Assembly: GCA_030390025.1 (NCBI GenBank)
Contig: CM059432.1
Location: forward strand, 47,680,001-47,744,000
From: Squalus acanthias
Taxonomy: Eukaryota
Length of the DNA stretch: 64,000 nucleotides
Direction of reading: 5' to 3'
Positions 49,964 to 63,124 of the stretch are shown in pieces; position 1 is the stretch's first letter, and every line of letters starts with the position of its first letter. A program made the translations under genes and the position numbers. The notes under the pieces are model-generated. The model ran no database searches and was not told where the DNA came from. It saw nothing but the letters and a program-made list of their open reading frames with translations.

Positions 49964-51689
49964 TAATGAGGTAACCTCACTCAAGCCAGCAAGGTCAGCT
50001 TGCATGAAGGATCATGGAAGTCCTGTGATTGCAGCTGTAGTTTTGCTGGGATCGTTGAATTGGCGACACAGACTGCTGTCCATGACAGATAAAGTAAAAT
50101 TGAAAAAAATAGCATATTAAAAGCACAAAAAAGAACTTATTCTTTGGGCATCCTGCCTCCTTTCGCAATCCTTCATTAGCCAACAACATTTTGGATTTGT
50201 TTATTAAATTGTGCTTTGCTGATCCACATATTTCTAACTCAGCTCTGTTTAATATTGTCACTAGCTGAGAAACATTTCTATTTGGTCCGACCAAGGAGAG
50301 GACAAAAACAGCATTGGCATCATCTCAAAATTTTACATCTTTACAAAACTTGGAGCACATCTTTATTATTACCAGGGAGAACGTATTACTTAGTTATTTG
50401 ATAATGATAGTTCTTAACTGTAGTCATGTTATGTTTAATAAATAGGCGCTCACAGTATCTTTGACAGAGGCAAATTTGATTTACTTTTCAAAGTTAATAC
50501 AGTGAATCTTTTTCTGTCCTTCTATTAACTGGTGCCTCTAGAACTTGACTTTTTGTCATATTACCAAGATTATTAGCTACACAAGAACTGAGTTCAGACT
50601 TGTGAATTGTGGAGTGTATGGTTTCCATGGCAATATATAAATAATAATCCTTATTTAATTGCGGTTACTCAGTAAATTGGTCTACTGCCCACTGATTCAT
50701 TAAGTTACCACTACAGCATTTCACTTTCCTGGAATTTTCAATCACAACTTTGTTACTTCATCTGAAGGGTGGGGAGGGGATTACTTTTAAGTGACAAAAA
50801 GAAATTAATGAAAGCACCAGAAAGTGAAGTAATGCAATTTTAAAGTGGGCAAATGGATTTAAGTACCCAATGCCAAATCCTTACAGTTTGCTTCTCAGCT
50901 CTATATTTTATTTTAATCCAAAGAGTCAACCAATTTACTCAAAAGGATAATCAGTAAGAATCAGTGGCCAAGATCAGGACACGGCAGTGTTGCTCTATCT
51001 GTGGTTAGGAAGTCTAGTCAGAGTCGGCACAGTGAAGGAAAGCACTATGGGCAGGATACATCTGGTTGAGGGAGCCATAGCTGATGAAAGTTTCCATGAG
51101 GTATAAACAAACAGCAAATGAATAACTGTATAGGTTACCATTCATAAGATCTTTAGCAAGGCACTGAAAAAATTTAGATATGCTGAAGCCAATCGTCATT
51201 ATCTATTGAAGACAAAGAAACAAGTATGTGCTGGAGCACTCAGAAAATGCAGACATAATTGTGAATTGTGAAAGCAAATTTGTTAAAAAAAAACCACACA
51301 ATAAAGTCAACTATTTGAAAAACCATACGAAGGCTTAATGACAAAGCTGGGTCCAGTTCATTCATCGATGTTAACATAACTTTAATTTATCTGATTTTAA
51401 AGGAAGTAGCAAAAAACAGATAAAGAAGAGATCCTTATGCTTGCAGAACAATGCCAAGATTATGCTGCTCCTAGTCTGACTCTGATGAGGTCTATGCCCA
51501 CAACACTCATGTGATAAGCGCTGTGTCACAAACATGATACAACAATGACAGAGTATGGCAAGCACTGACACACCTCTCACATCTTTCACATCTATACTTC
51601 TATATCCATAATGCATAAGCTTGAACTTTGTAACTGCCACATTAAAATGTTTCGATTGTCACAATTAATTGTAGCATGTTGTGCCACCA

Positions 51690-52380
51690 AGTCAAAATGC
51701 TACCTGAAGCTACTTGCATGCTTCTGTACTAAGCAGAAGCACTTCATGCACCCTTCATAAACTCCCTGCATTGGTATGTTAGAAGACTGTTCCAACATCT
51801 GTGCAGTATTGAGAGAGGGATTGGAAAACCTGCAGGCCACTACAGACCAGTAGCAACTCCATGGGCATCTGGAAGGGAGTCCCCAACAATTGAGGTCCAA
51901 TATACAGATGCAGTTTCCTCACGAGCATCGTGACCCTGCCTATTGAGACCTAGGGATCCAATTTACACAAGGTTCTCATTTTTGGCTCCCACAGAACATC
52001 CCCTCAACTATCTCACCAGGAAGGGATTCCACTCCCTCAATGTACAGATTGTGTGTGACAACATGTAGAGGATCCTCCATGCCAACGCCTGATTATACTA
52101 ATAGTTGTCACAATGCATTCATTCTTCAAAATTCAACGCTTCCTGACATCTTCAGGGAAGAAAACCAGGAAAACTGATCAGTTCTGATTGACAGAGCCTA
52201 CCCTCTGATCCAATGTCCCTAGTAAGTATAGCCTGGATAGCAGAAGAGGAGTGCTACAACGAGGCATATGCCTCTACCAGATTGATCATTGAGAAGACCA
52301 TTGGTGTCAGTCAGCTTTCACTGGCTGGAGCCCTGCAGTGTAGTTATAGCCTGCTTTGCCTTTCACAACTTCGCCATTCA
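51690..52380 (+). pseudogene. Old Harbinger transposase remnant
   Basis: RKGFHSLNVQIVCD, SCHNAFIL, DRAYPL, YNEAYASTRLIIEKTIG. Confidence 0.75.
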
Positions 52381-53489
52381 AGATGGGCTGGATTTCAATA
52401 TGGCTGGCGAGGAGGCACTAACATTAAATTATCTGCAGTAGTAACTTAGATAATCAACTTAGGTCTGATAATGTTATTATCACTGTTGCCTGAGGTGTTC
52501 CCTCACATGGAGGTGTCATTTCATTTTTAAAAGTGAAGGGGGTCACTTTCCACGGGGTGAGTTATGCCACTGCTATGCCAATAGAAAGAGATTTGCACCT
52601 GCCGGTGGTCAGCAGACACATTTACACAAGGGTTTCCACCACGTTCTGCGGACTTGACCTTACCATATGATGTGGGGGAGTTCCACTTTGGTGAGTCTCA
52701 GATCTTCATTGCTTGTTATAGATCTGTGTTTCACCCTCCATCCCTTTGGCGTCACCTTTAGAGCTCTTTCTTCAACTTCTGAGAAACATCCAACTTCCAA
52801 GGGCTTCCACTCTCAGGGAATTTATATGTGCCTTAGTGAAACCGCCCCCGAGTGCCTGGGACTTACATCTTTAGGATTTAACTCAATCAACCCTTGCCCT
52901 CCCACATTTTCTGGCTTCCAAAATTTTGATTTTGTGCAATAATGAAAATAAAAATCGGGAGAGATGTAAAATGGGGCTGCCGACTCTTTATCACCCATTT
53001 TACACTATCGCACAAAGTCAAGATCTATCCCCTTGTCTTCTGTGACTCACCCAGTAACAATTCCTTATGTATAATTCACCTCAGATGTCTCTCTCTGGGC
53101 TGGTGAATGCTAGTGATGGAGTGTGGGAATTCCTTTCGTGCCTAATGAGTGTTCAGTACCTCACTTGCAGTGCTTGACATCTTGTTCATTCTGTGGAAAT
53201 AAAAATTAAGGTTTTTGCAGACGAGTGTATTGCAATTGAAACCAACTTCATTTCCTTTCCTGCTCCTTTTGGGGTCTCCACACAATAATAGCAACAGATA
53301 TGATGCACACGAAGATGGCTTCAATTGCAACACATTCATTTGCTCTGAATGAACCCACTGCGACTGGCGATTGCAGAGCTTTCAACTTCTCCATCCTCTA
53401 CTGCTTCATAATTCATGCCAGGTATCTCCATTGCCTCTTCCACATGAAGGGTTAGAACATGGATGTCCACTTCGTTTCATCCTCTGCTT

Positions 53490-53800
53490 TAATGATTTAT
53501 CCAATTTTCTCTTTAAAAAATGCAATGGTCCCTCTCTCAACCACTGTCTGTGACAAAGATTTCCAAAAAGCCCTCTGTGTAAAGACATTTATCCTAAGCT
53601 CTCTCCTTACTCTCTTCGAAACAGTTTTAAATTGATGAGCTCTCATCATTGCCTACCCAACGAGTGGAAATAGTCTTTACCTATTTATTCTATCCAAGTC
53701 CTTAATCATTTTAAAAATGTCTATTAAACCTCCTAGCCTTCTTTGCTTCAGTGGAAATGGTCCCAATATTTCAAATCTCTCCTCATAACTATAGTTTCCC
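53490..53800 (-). mobile_element. CR1 3' fragment
   Basis: YSYEERFEILG..QRRLGGLIDIFKMIK. Confidence 0.75.
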
Positions 53801-54344
53801 ATCTTGGCCATTATCATATTCAAGGCATAAACAACATGCAAGTAGATAGTAGGGCTGAAAATGTGCAGGGGAGGATAGCATGTGGTGAAAGTGCTAAATT
53901 TCATGGGGTTGGGAGAGGTGTCTTGATTTACATGTCAGTGGTTGATGCCCATGGCACCAGGGTGAATCTAGGGTGTCCACATGCTGAATAGACCATAAAT
54001 TGTCAGCAGGGCTTGAGGTTTGGAGTGGAATAATTAAATCCTAAATCCACCAAAAGCAACACGGAGAACAAGCCACAAGCTTCAAGGTCTGAGTAATTCA
54101 AACAGGTAAAACTAATGCAGCAAGAATTCAGCAGCAGCCAGAATCATGGAACAAGAGAAGAGATTTTCAAGTTTGCAAATAAATACTAATTTGCCACAGG
54201 ATGCCCACCGTTAACACTTCCTTTCAGTTTTCTTTTTTAATCTTCACCCACATTCAAACAAGAGCGTTCAGCAAGTGAACTTTCAGGCCTACCCAGTATG
54301 GTGAGAAACCTAGACACACCAAGTGGTGCAGATTAAAAAAATTA

Positions 54345-54570
54345 ATTCTCATGATGTGGGAAGTGCCGGCAAAGCCGGCATTTATTGCCCATCCCTAGTT
54401 GTTCTTATACAACTGAGTGGTCTGCTCAGCTACTTCAGAAGGCAGTTAAGAATCAACCATTTTATTTCCAGATTTAAGCTGAATTCAAATTCCTAAACTG
54501 ACATGATGGGATTTGAACTCACATTCTCTGGATTACTTGTCCAGTAACATAATCACTACACTACTGTACC
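54345..54570 (-). mobile_element. SINE with tRNA-like head and tail shared with the 3240-6680 LINE
   Basis: Minus strand: gtgtagtgattatgttactgg..gagttcaaatccc head; ggatgggcaataaatgccggc tail. Confidence 0.6.
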
Positions 54571-54589
54571 CATCATTGGAAGCCTTATT

Positions 54590-54873
54590 AAGAACATAAA
54601 AAATAGGAGCAGGAGTAGGCCATACGGCCCCTCGAGCCTGCTCTGCCATTCAATAAGATCATGGTTGATCCTCGACCTCAACTCCACTTTCCCACCTGAT
54701 CTCCATATCCCTTGATTCCCTTAGAGTCCAAAAATCTATCGATCTCAGCCTTGAATATACTCAACGACTGAGCAGCCACAGCCCTCTGGGGTAGAGAATT
54801 CCAAAGATTCACGACCCTCTGAGTGAAGAAATTTCTCATTTCAGTCCTAAATGGCCGCCCCCTTATCCTGAGA
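54590..54873 (-). mobile_element. CR1 3' end
   Basis: taagaacataa tail; matches 48645-48930. Confidence 0.9.
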
Positions 54874-55605
54874 TTTAAAAAACATTGTTTGTCAAACAGA
54901 AATAGTAAAATTTGAACTCATTGAAGTATTAGCCCAGGTCTCTGGAGTAATAGTTCAGTAACATAACCATTACATTACCGTACCCTTGCCCTGACCCTGG
55001 AAAATTTGCTGGGGTCTGTAGTGGAGGCTTATGGAGAGCACAATCCCAGTGTTAGCGTGGGGATTATAGGCCTATAGATTTCTATTACCCAAAAGTTGCG
55101 AAAAGGACCAATTGGCAGCCAGAAACCAGCAGTAAACTAAAACTAAGATAAGTAATCAAACCCCTCATTTTTTTTTCAAAGCTACTGTGCTTTAACCAGT
55201 AAGTACCACAAAACCAACCATATGAATTGTTCAAATAATTTCTTCACACTGTTTTCAGCTGCCATTTTCCTTCTTCACTCAGGTCAGTGTGTGCATTTTT
55301 AACATCATCTTTGGTGCATCATACTGTGGTAAAAAGGGCAATTGTTAGTCCTGAACCATGCTATCCAATTTACAAAATGAATAATATTGCAAGTTTCAGT
55401 TCATAGGAGACACAGGTGAGCTTATGGAAACTGCCTTTTTGGTTTGAAGACAAGTAAAGAATGTTGGAAGAAACCTCGAGTTGTAGCAATTGTGATTATT
55501 CAGAAATGAGAGTGACTTGTAAGGCCTGTTAGAATCCTTAGGCTTCATGTAATGTGGAAGAATGTAGTATCTGCAGATGATGCTGAGAGTGAGTGGAAGA
55601 CATCG

Positions 55606-55773
55606 GGGTAGATTTTGGCTTCACTGCCCAGACAGTAATCTGGCAGAGTGGATTGCCTGCCTGTTATAGGACCTGCATTGAAATCAATGGAATGACAATC
55701 ACGCGGGTTCTATAGGGGCCAGGTGATCTGCCCGCCATATTATTGCTCATATGGTGAAGACAAAAATTTATCC
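55606..55773. mobile_element. Short fold-back MITE, family D
   Basis: ggggtagatttt / aaaatttatcc; centre cattgaaatcaatg. Confidence 0.55.
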
Positions 55774-55779
55774 TATTTT

Positions 55780-57025
55780 ATGGTATAAAAAGCTGCTGCT
55801 GAGTCAACTAACTTTGTCAAGTACTGGCAACAGCGTTGCTTCAGTGAGAACGATCACTCAATCAGAATACTGCTTGAAGAAAAGCAATTGGCATACAACA
55901 ACCTCTCTGACCCCTACTCTGCTGCAAAGAAAGCAAACTACAAAAATATTAGTGCTTTAGTTCAAGCGAAGTTGCAAAAAATGAAAGAGCATTGGTGGGA
56001 CCAAAGGGCTGATGAAATTTAATCCTATATAGACCAGAATGATGCAAAGTACTTCCTTGATTCAGCCAAGTAGTCCTATGAAATACTGCACCTCTGAAGA
56101 GTGCATATGGTACCACCCTTGTCATTGCCAAATATTGAGGTACCACAAGCAGTTTGATGAACCTTTGAATAGACCATCCATTATTACGAATGAAACCCTC
56201 AACAGTGTCACACAGTGGCCACAATATAATATAGATGTGATCCCACATACTGCCTTAGTTATTGAAGTCATCAAGGGAATGGTGACCAATGAAGCTCCAG
56301 GAACGGATAGGCTGCCTGTAGAAATTTCTAAGTGTGACTGTATGGCTCTTAACTGATGTGCTACAGAGACTCTTCAAAACCATCTAGAGAGACGGTACCA
56401 TCCCAAAAGACCTAAAGGATCCAACAGTTAATAAGCAGAAGGGAGAACAACTGCGGTAATTATCATGGATTTTTTCTTTTCTTAAAAGCTTGGCAAATAT
56501 TCACAAGAGAGCTGCTCAATCACCTGCTTGAAAGTGTCATTGATTTAGTCCTCCCATAGCTACAATGGGGGCTCCAGAGTAAACCGTAGTACGATTGACT
56601 TGGTTTTCATTACTCAGCAGATTCGGGAGAAATGTGGAGGGGTGTAGCATAATAACCTCCTACAGTTTTCATTGACATGACCCAACAGCTTCCATATGGA
56701 ATGGGCACATGGGATGTACTATCTGAGTGCCCAGAGTGATTTTTTAGTTTACGTGTCAGGTCTATTATAGAATTGGTGTTAAATCTTGTTTGATAATGCT
56801 CCTGTGATGAGCCTTTGATGTTTTACTATGTTAAAGGTGCTATATAAATGCAAGTTGTTGTTGATTGATAGAGAGCTGTATTACACATTTTCCGTGCTGT
56901 GTGCTTTCACCCAAGTTTTTTGAATCCTTCTTCATGGTTATGCTGAATGATGCAACAGGAGGCTTAGACATGAGTGTTCACATAAATTTCCAACTATCTG
57001 GGAAACTGTTCAACCAGAGTAGACT
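55780..57025 (+). mobile_element. RTE-clade (BovB-like) LINE RT region, heavily degraded
   Basis: EAPGTDRLPVEI, IPKDLKD, CGNYHG, RSTIDLVF..QQIREKC, GKLFNQSRL. Confidence 0.75.
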
Positions 57026-57326
57026 AGGGGGCTAAATTCAATAAGGCCTAAAATAGGGCGCGGGGATTGCGATGCACGATCTGCCCCCCGCAAGGTGGAA
57101 GTAATGCAGGCAGTACGTGAGATTCGTGCTGCCTGCTCATTAACATGATTGGAGCGCTGAGCCCAGCGCTGAATGAGCTGCTGGTTGGCTCAGCGCTCAA
57201 CCAAGGGGCCCAATATCATGGGAAGTCTGATCTCTATTTAAAGGTTGCCTGCAAAGTGAAAGGCTGTCTGCACTTCTGAAAGAAGCACCTCATTCTTAGT
57301 GGAGCTAAGGAAAGGGGAAGGTACCA

Positions 57327-58410
57327 ATGTCACAACAGGGCAGAGAATGGGCACCTCGATTCTTGAACGCAGCCTTGGAGGCCTTAGTGCAGGGGGTCGA
57401 TGGGAGGAGGCTGGTCCTTTACCCGCAGGGGGCAAGGAGGCCCTCCAGATTGCTGAAGCAGTCAGTGCCACTAGTCTTTCCCCCAGGACCTGGATGCAGT
57501 GCCAGAAGAAATTTAATGACATCACACGAGTGAGCAAGGTCAGTGAATGCATCTTCAAATGCCATATCCCACCATCTGCACCACTAGCCTCACACACTGC
57601 TCAATGCACCACACCCCCATTACTCACCTAACAACAATCTCTAACCATCACGTCTCATACTTAACAAAAATAAGCTCACCTCTCCCTCACACACTTCCCA
57701 CTGCTGCAAGCCTCACACCCACATCTCACACCTGGCACACAATGCCAACTATTCAACCATGACAGGCACATCACCCAAACACATTGCAGCACACTCACTG
57801 ACACAATTCCCGTTCTCTTGCAGGCCAAGGTGGTGCATAACTGGTGCCAGCAGCAGCTAACAGGCGGCGGCCAGGCACTGCTGCAGAACCTGACCCAGCC
57901 GGAGGAGACAGTTCTGGCTATAATTGGTGGGGCCGTCACTGAATCCGTGGCGAGCGGCGAGGATGAAAGTATTGATTATGGCGATATGTTCATACCAATC
58001 CTTTTTCTCACATCCCACTGCTCCCTCATTCCACAATCTCTTCTCACTTACAAGCTGCTGATGATGTAAACATGCACATCTTGCTTTCCCCCGCTCCCCT
58101 CACCACATCCGGAACTTGTGCCTTTCTCCTTTCAGATACCCAAGAACTCCAACCAGCCCAGCCTGTGCATGAAGAACTAGAGGAGGAGAGTGATAGAGAA
58201 GGAGAGACACCATCACTCGATCTGGCACTCCCAGGCACCAGCTCAGAAAATGGCACTGCGAGAACTTTAGAGGGTACTTTGGAGGCGGGACCTGCACATG
58301 GCGAGTCACCGGGTATGAGTGGTCTGCAGCGAGGTGCCTGCTCCCCAGAGGGCGAGGTCACACACGAATTCTGCTGCAGGGGACTCAGATGAGGACTTCG
58401 ATAGGGCAGC
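57327..58410 (+). pseudogene. Three-exon Myb/SANT-like DNA-binding partner gene of Harbinger, disrupted
   Basis: Exon 1 57327-57538 (REWAPRF..LEALV..RTWMQCQKKFND, donor GTCAGT), exon 2 57824-57983 (QQLTGGG..EETVLAIIG, donor mutated to ATATGT), exon 3 from 58136. Confidence 0.8.
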
Positions 58411-58419
58411 CTTCAGAAG

Positions 58420-59469
58420 AAGGGCAACTGGAGTCTGATGATGCACTCATGGACAGCCCGGTCAGAACAGGGATTTAAAGGCTGCCTCCTCCCTTCCTCC
58501 TCCTCCAGAGGTGGTTGCGGAACCTGTGGTGGCAAGGTCTGCGTCCTCATGATGGCCAAGTTGTGGAGGATGCAGCAGACCACCACAAATTGGGACACCC
58601 ACTCCGGTGAGTACTGGAGGGCTCCTCCTGAGTGCTCAAGGCAGCGGAACTGTTCTTGAGCACCCCGATAGTTTGCTCAATGACGTTCCTTGTGGCAGCA
58701 TGGCTGTGATTATATGATTGCTGGCCACGAGTGGTAGGGTTGCAAAGGGGAGTCATCAGCCAGGTGCAGAGCGGATAGCCCTTGTCACCTAGCAGCCACC
58801 CTCTGATTCGACATGGTGGCTGGAAGATTGGTGGCACAATGGACTGACAGTATACTGGGCATTCACCATCATGATGTGCTGGGCGGGGTCACACACCAAC
58901 TGCACGTTAAGTGAGTGACACCCTTTCCGGTTACGGTACATCTCAGGATTGATATGCGGTGCCCGCAAAGCCACATGTGTGAAGTCGTGTGTGCACCATG
59001 GGAAAGCCCGATATCCTGGCAAAGCCACGTGCGTACACCTCCTGCTGCTTTCTGTTATAGAGTCCCTTCTCCCAGAGTACAGAGCCTCTGTGACCTGACG
59101 GATGCAGTGATGGACGGTGAACTGCGAGATGTTTGCTATGTCGCCTGTTCCAGACTGGAAGGGTCTGCTGGCGAAAAAACTCAGGGCCGCGATCACCTTG
59201 AGGCCAACTGGTAGAGCCGTTGTCTCCCTGCTCTGAGGCTGCAGGTCTGGTTCCAAGAGGTGGCAGAGTTCTGTGACCACCTCCTTGGTTTAGCGGAGCT
59301 GCCGAACACGCTGCTCCTGGATTAGGTGCAGGTATGAGAAGTGCTCCCTGAAGACCCTAGGTGGGTAAGGCCTCCTCCTCCCTCTGCGAGCAGCTTTTCT
59401 TCTTTGCTACCTCTGCTCCATCTCCTTGCCATGCTGCAGCATGCGGGGGACTGCAATTAGAGGCCCCAT
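58420..59469 (-). pseudogene. Harbinger DDE transposase, disrupted
   Basis: ALSFFASRPFQ, THVALRAP, NRKGCHSLNVQLVCD, GWLLGDKGYPL, VIEQTIGVLK, VCCILHN. Confidence 0.9.
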
Positions 59470-60199
59470 GACTGGGAGCAAGTGGTGTACTCAGAGGCCT
59501 GCCAGTAGCAGCCAACGCCTTCCCAACGTCCAGCAGCACTCCCTGGACACTTTAACAACTTTTGAAAGGTCTTCCAGCAAATCAGTATTCATATCAGCTC
59601 TACAAGAACCAGTACAAGAGAAATAATCAACTTACCTGCAAGTTGCATGTATCCCTTTAGATAGCATTGGGTCTCTTGTGCAGCTGAACGCACATTCAGC
59701 TGTGCGTATTTAGGAGAGGACGTTGATTGGAACGGCGACGTTGAAAATGGCAAGTTGTGCGTCAAATCAGCGTTACACGCTGACTGACGTCACGATCTGC
59801 CTACTCTGCATACTAAAGTGCTCTCCCAGCATTGGAAAAGTCAGCTCTGCTAATTGATCTACACGGTTATAATTTTGAACAATGTAATCCTGGCTCACTC
59901 TATCCACTAGATGGCGCAACCTGATGTATCTTCCTCCCAAAATCCAGTAACGGGGAAAGCAAAAAAAATGGTGTCCAATTTCAGGAAAAAAATCTGGGAA
60001 ATTCTTCCCTGTTTCATAAGGCAATCAAACAAACTTCAGGAGACTGCGGCTGCTCATGATCCATCACTAGGTGAACTTATCCACCCCTCCCCCAGATATG
60101 TCACAGTGTCCTTCACGCTCAGGAACTTCCATTAATGTTTTTGAAATGAGCAGTTTTTTCCATTTTAATTTAACAATTTGTTCATGATTTGAAGTTTCA

Positions 60200-60662
60200 C
60201 ATCTTCTGAAACAACTCAAGTTTATTGTACCATCATCGACTCAGCTAATTCAGTACGAGTTTGGGAGTGAAATTATTCTATGCAAATTATAATAGTGCTA
60301 ATGCAAGTTGCAAGTCTGCAATAACGTGTAGTAATCTGGTGTGAAAGCATTAAAGGAACATTAGCATATTTTTACCTAATGCTCCTAAAAATTCATGCCA
60401 GGACCGAACCAGTATAACGCAGGTTGATGTTAATGCACAGATCCAGCATTAATTTCCACTGGCTTGCTAATAACTTGTTAAGTACCAATTAAAGGCTAAC
60501 ATGCAAATCTGTACATGTTTGCATCTAGCACTAATAATGTCCATTATAAAAGTGGGTAAGGCATTGGAGAGAGTTGGCAGAGAGCAGACCCGGATAGATA
60601 AAAAAGAGCTGCTTAACTGTTTTGGTGCATATAGCAGCATTCTTTTGAAGGTGGACTTTTTC
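60200..60662 (-). other. Candidate terminal exon of an unidentified minus-strand gene
   Basis: Acceptor ctttatcatcttcttacAG at 60663; AATAAA at 60226-60221; stop at 60613 or 60467 depending on frame. Confidence 0.45.
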
Positions 60663-60758
60663 CTGTAAGAAGATGATAAAGGTGCATTGAATTAACAAAT
60701 ATTCTGTGCTGTGTATTTTAGACAGCAGCACAGTTTTAAGGCCTTATGCAGGGCTTAC

Positions 60759-60778
60759 CTGAATGCTGAGTATCTTGC
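60759..60778 (-). CDS. Candidate 20-nt exon
   Basis: cctcttattctgtAG|gcaagatactcagcattcag|GTAAGC. Confidence 0.4.
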
Positions 60779-60784
60779 CTACAG

Positions 60785-61105
60785 AATAAGAGGCTAAACC
60801 GAGGCCCTGTCTGCCCTCTCAGGTGGACGTAAAAAATCCCATGGCTCTATTCTGAAGAAAAGCTGGGGAGTTCTTCCTGGTGTCCTGGCCAATATTTATC
60901 CCTCAACCAACATCACTAAAACAGATTATCTGGTCATTATCTCATTGCTGTTTGCGGGAGCTTGCTGTGTGCAAATTGGCTGCCGTGTTTCCTACATCAC
61001 AACAGTGACTACACTTCCAAAAAAAAGTACGATCATTGACTGTAAAGCCCTTTGGAACGTCCTGAGGTTGTGAAAGGCGCTATATAAATGCAAGTCTTTC
61101 TTCTT
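60785..61105 (+). mobile_element. DeuSINE-like SINE
   Basis: Reverse complement of 18972-19250; tail gctatataaatgcaagtctttc. Confidence 0.8.
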
Positions 61106-61204
61106 TCAGAAAGTTTGTGAGAACTGACTGACTACATTGTATATTATGAATAATTAATATCAATCTTTAATCTATCTCAGCTGCACCATTCTAGGTTTTT
61201 TTTT

Positions 61205-61540
61205 GGATGGCAGCTGTTGATGATTCTGCCATTCCCATTTACACCTCTTCTAGACTCATCTTTTGTTTCTTCACTTGTCCCATTACCATCTCCTTTTGCC
61301 TTGTACAATCGTACCTTTTGTCATTTAATCTCGCCTGTCTTCCACCCTATCACAGACCTTCCCTTTTGTTCTATCCCCCCCTTCCCCCGATCCCTACCTC
61401 TGCACTTGCTTAAAACCTGTTACATCTCTAACTTTTTCCAGTTCTGATGAATGATCATCGACCTGAAACGTTAACTCGGTTTCTCTCTCCACAGATGCTG
61501 CCTGGCCTGCTGAGTATTTCCAGCATTTTCTGCTTTTATA
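61205..61540 (+). mobile_element. Penelope-type 3' region with terminal repeat
   Basis: Pyrimidine-rich tract then ctgatga..gaaacgttaac..gatgctgcctggcctgctgag; hammerhead-like core 61440-61476. Confidence 0.6.
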
Positions 61541-62243
61541 TTAGCACCATTCTAGGTAGTCCTTCTTGATCATGACTGTTAGTTCTCAGTCATGTCTATT
61601 ACCTCCCATTTGCAGCAGGTTACTGGGTCACTTTGGGTTAACTATGTTAAAATATTCAAGCAAACTCATCTGATATTGACAAGTTACTTTGCTATCGGAA
61701 GCTACATTTATGTTATCAGGGATGATGGATTAGTTATGAACAAAGTAACTGTAGCTAAGTATAACATTTGTACTACTATAATGGCTAATGTCATCTAACA
61801 GCACAACATGTGACCTGAACCGGAGACCTTTTGGTGCGCGGGACCTCCAGACCGCCGTGCGGCCACACGGCTACGCAGCTTAACGGGAACATTGGTCACC
61901 ACCCCGAATCTGTCCATTCATATTTTGGGTAATCCCTCCTAATCTTTTCCTCCATGATTAAGGCTTTTTTCCATTAGGGTTGTAAAGGTTAAGGGGCGAT
62001 CTGATAACAGTCTTCTAGATTATGATGGGTTATTGTCATTTAAAAAAATCTTTCCTATCTTTATTATCCCAAATTATTTTGGTTACTGTATCTTAGATTA
62101 CTCTCATGGATGATTCCCAATCCCCCTTATCTTCAAGACTACCTGTTCTTACCATGAGATCTAATTAAGTATTCAGTAACGTGCCCAGGAAACAAACAAG
62201 TCTTGTCGAGCAATTGCTTTTAGCTGCTGGACTTATTTTATAC

Positions 62244-62264
62244 CTTTCGTAAGATCTCACTCGT
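62244..62264 (-). CDS. Candidate 21-nt exon (TSEILRK in phase 0)
   Basis: gatctgcgcttcgaAG|acgagtgagatcttacgaaag|GTATAA; weak acceptor. Confidence 0.25.
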
Positions 62265-62399
62265 CTTCGAAGCGCAGATCACATTTTAAATTTAAAATGA
62301 ACAAGCACATAAGAAAGAATCAGTTAATATAATTATATGTTTTGTAGTAGATAACCTTCCACCTAACTCCTCGAGTGGGCAAAATCATGAAAAGAACTT

Positions 62400-62563
62400 G
62401 GGGTAAAATCCAACTTCGACGGGGGTTTAACAGATCAGCTGCCTGTTATGCACCCCGCCTGATTTTCCTTTGCATTGAAATCAATAGAATTGGGCGGGTC
62501 ATATAAAGGGTGGCCGAACTGCTACTGCCCATTTTGTGCCCCCTGCTGAAGTTCAATTATACT
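62400..62563. mobile_element. Short fold-back MITE, family D
   Basis: ggggtaaaat start, centre cattgaaatcaatag, imperfect palindrome. Confidence 0.55.
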
Positions 62564-62930
62564 TCCGAGAACTCTAACTAAGTTAATCCTTTGTAAATAA
62601 CTTTTTATACATACATAGCATTTCTCCTTTCTTTAAAGAAACTGACCGATACTGAATGGTTGTTTCGTTGAGACTGCTGTCTCCTCTTGTGGAATTTTCA
62701 AATTACCTTCTGATTGAAAAAGTGTTTTATGTCCCGAACAAGAGTAACCAGAATTTCCTGGATTTTGATTATCTGGTTTCTCCACTTCAAAAGGGAATTG
62801 TCAGTCCAATACAGAGAACTGAACCTGAGACCAATTGCTTCTTATGGATAAGTTACCCACATGAAGCAGCAGGGGAGCCTAAGATTGGATGTTACAGTTC
62901 ATGGCTGGGCCTTTCCACTTCTGTGCTTAC

Positions 62931-62980
62931 CAGCTTGCGATTTTCTTGTTCAAGAAAATGAATAAACCAAAAATCATGAA
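62931..62980 (-). CDS. Candidate 50-nt exon
   Basis: ttttctgcttgtgctctctccAG acceptor and GTAAGC donor; two open frames (HDFWFIHFLEQENRKL or FMIFGLFIFLNKKIAS). Confidence 0.5.
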
Positions 62981-63124
62981 CTGGAGAGAGCACAAGCAGA
63001 AAACACTGAATTATATGTAAAGTCTGGTGGAAATCAGGAAACAACACTCAAAATGTCTTTTTTAATCTACATAGAGGCCCTGAAATTACGCTGAGGGATA
63101 ATAGTGTATGAACACTTTTCATGT

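Larger units (their letters stand above)
57027..59815 (-). mobile_element. PIF/Harbinger transposon copy 3 (convergent Myb-like gene and transposase)
   Basis: Terminus gggggctaaattcaat; inverted collinearity with copy 1; transposase-proximal end truncated. Confidence 0.85.

Noticed and set aside
53226..53333. Possible coding exon
   Set aside because: Better explained as a small inverted repeat (ttgcaattgaaaccaacttc / gaagatggcttcaattgcaa)
61590..62375. Additional microexon candidates near 61600, 61698-61711 and 62356-62362
   Set aside because: Weak acceptors or donors, at a level expected by chance
62656..62961. 101-aa plus-strand ORF
   Set aside because: No recognisable motif; splice signals in the region favour the minus strand
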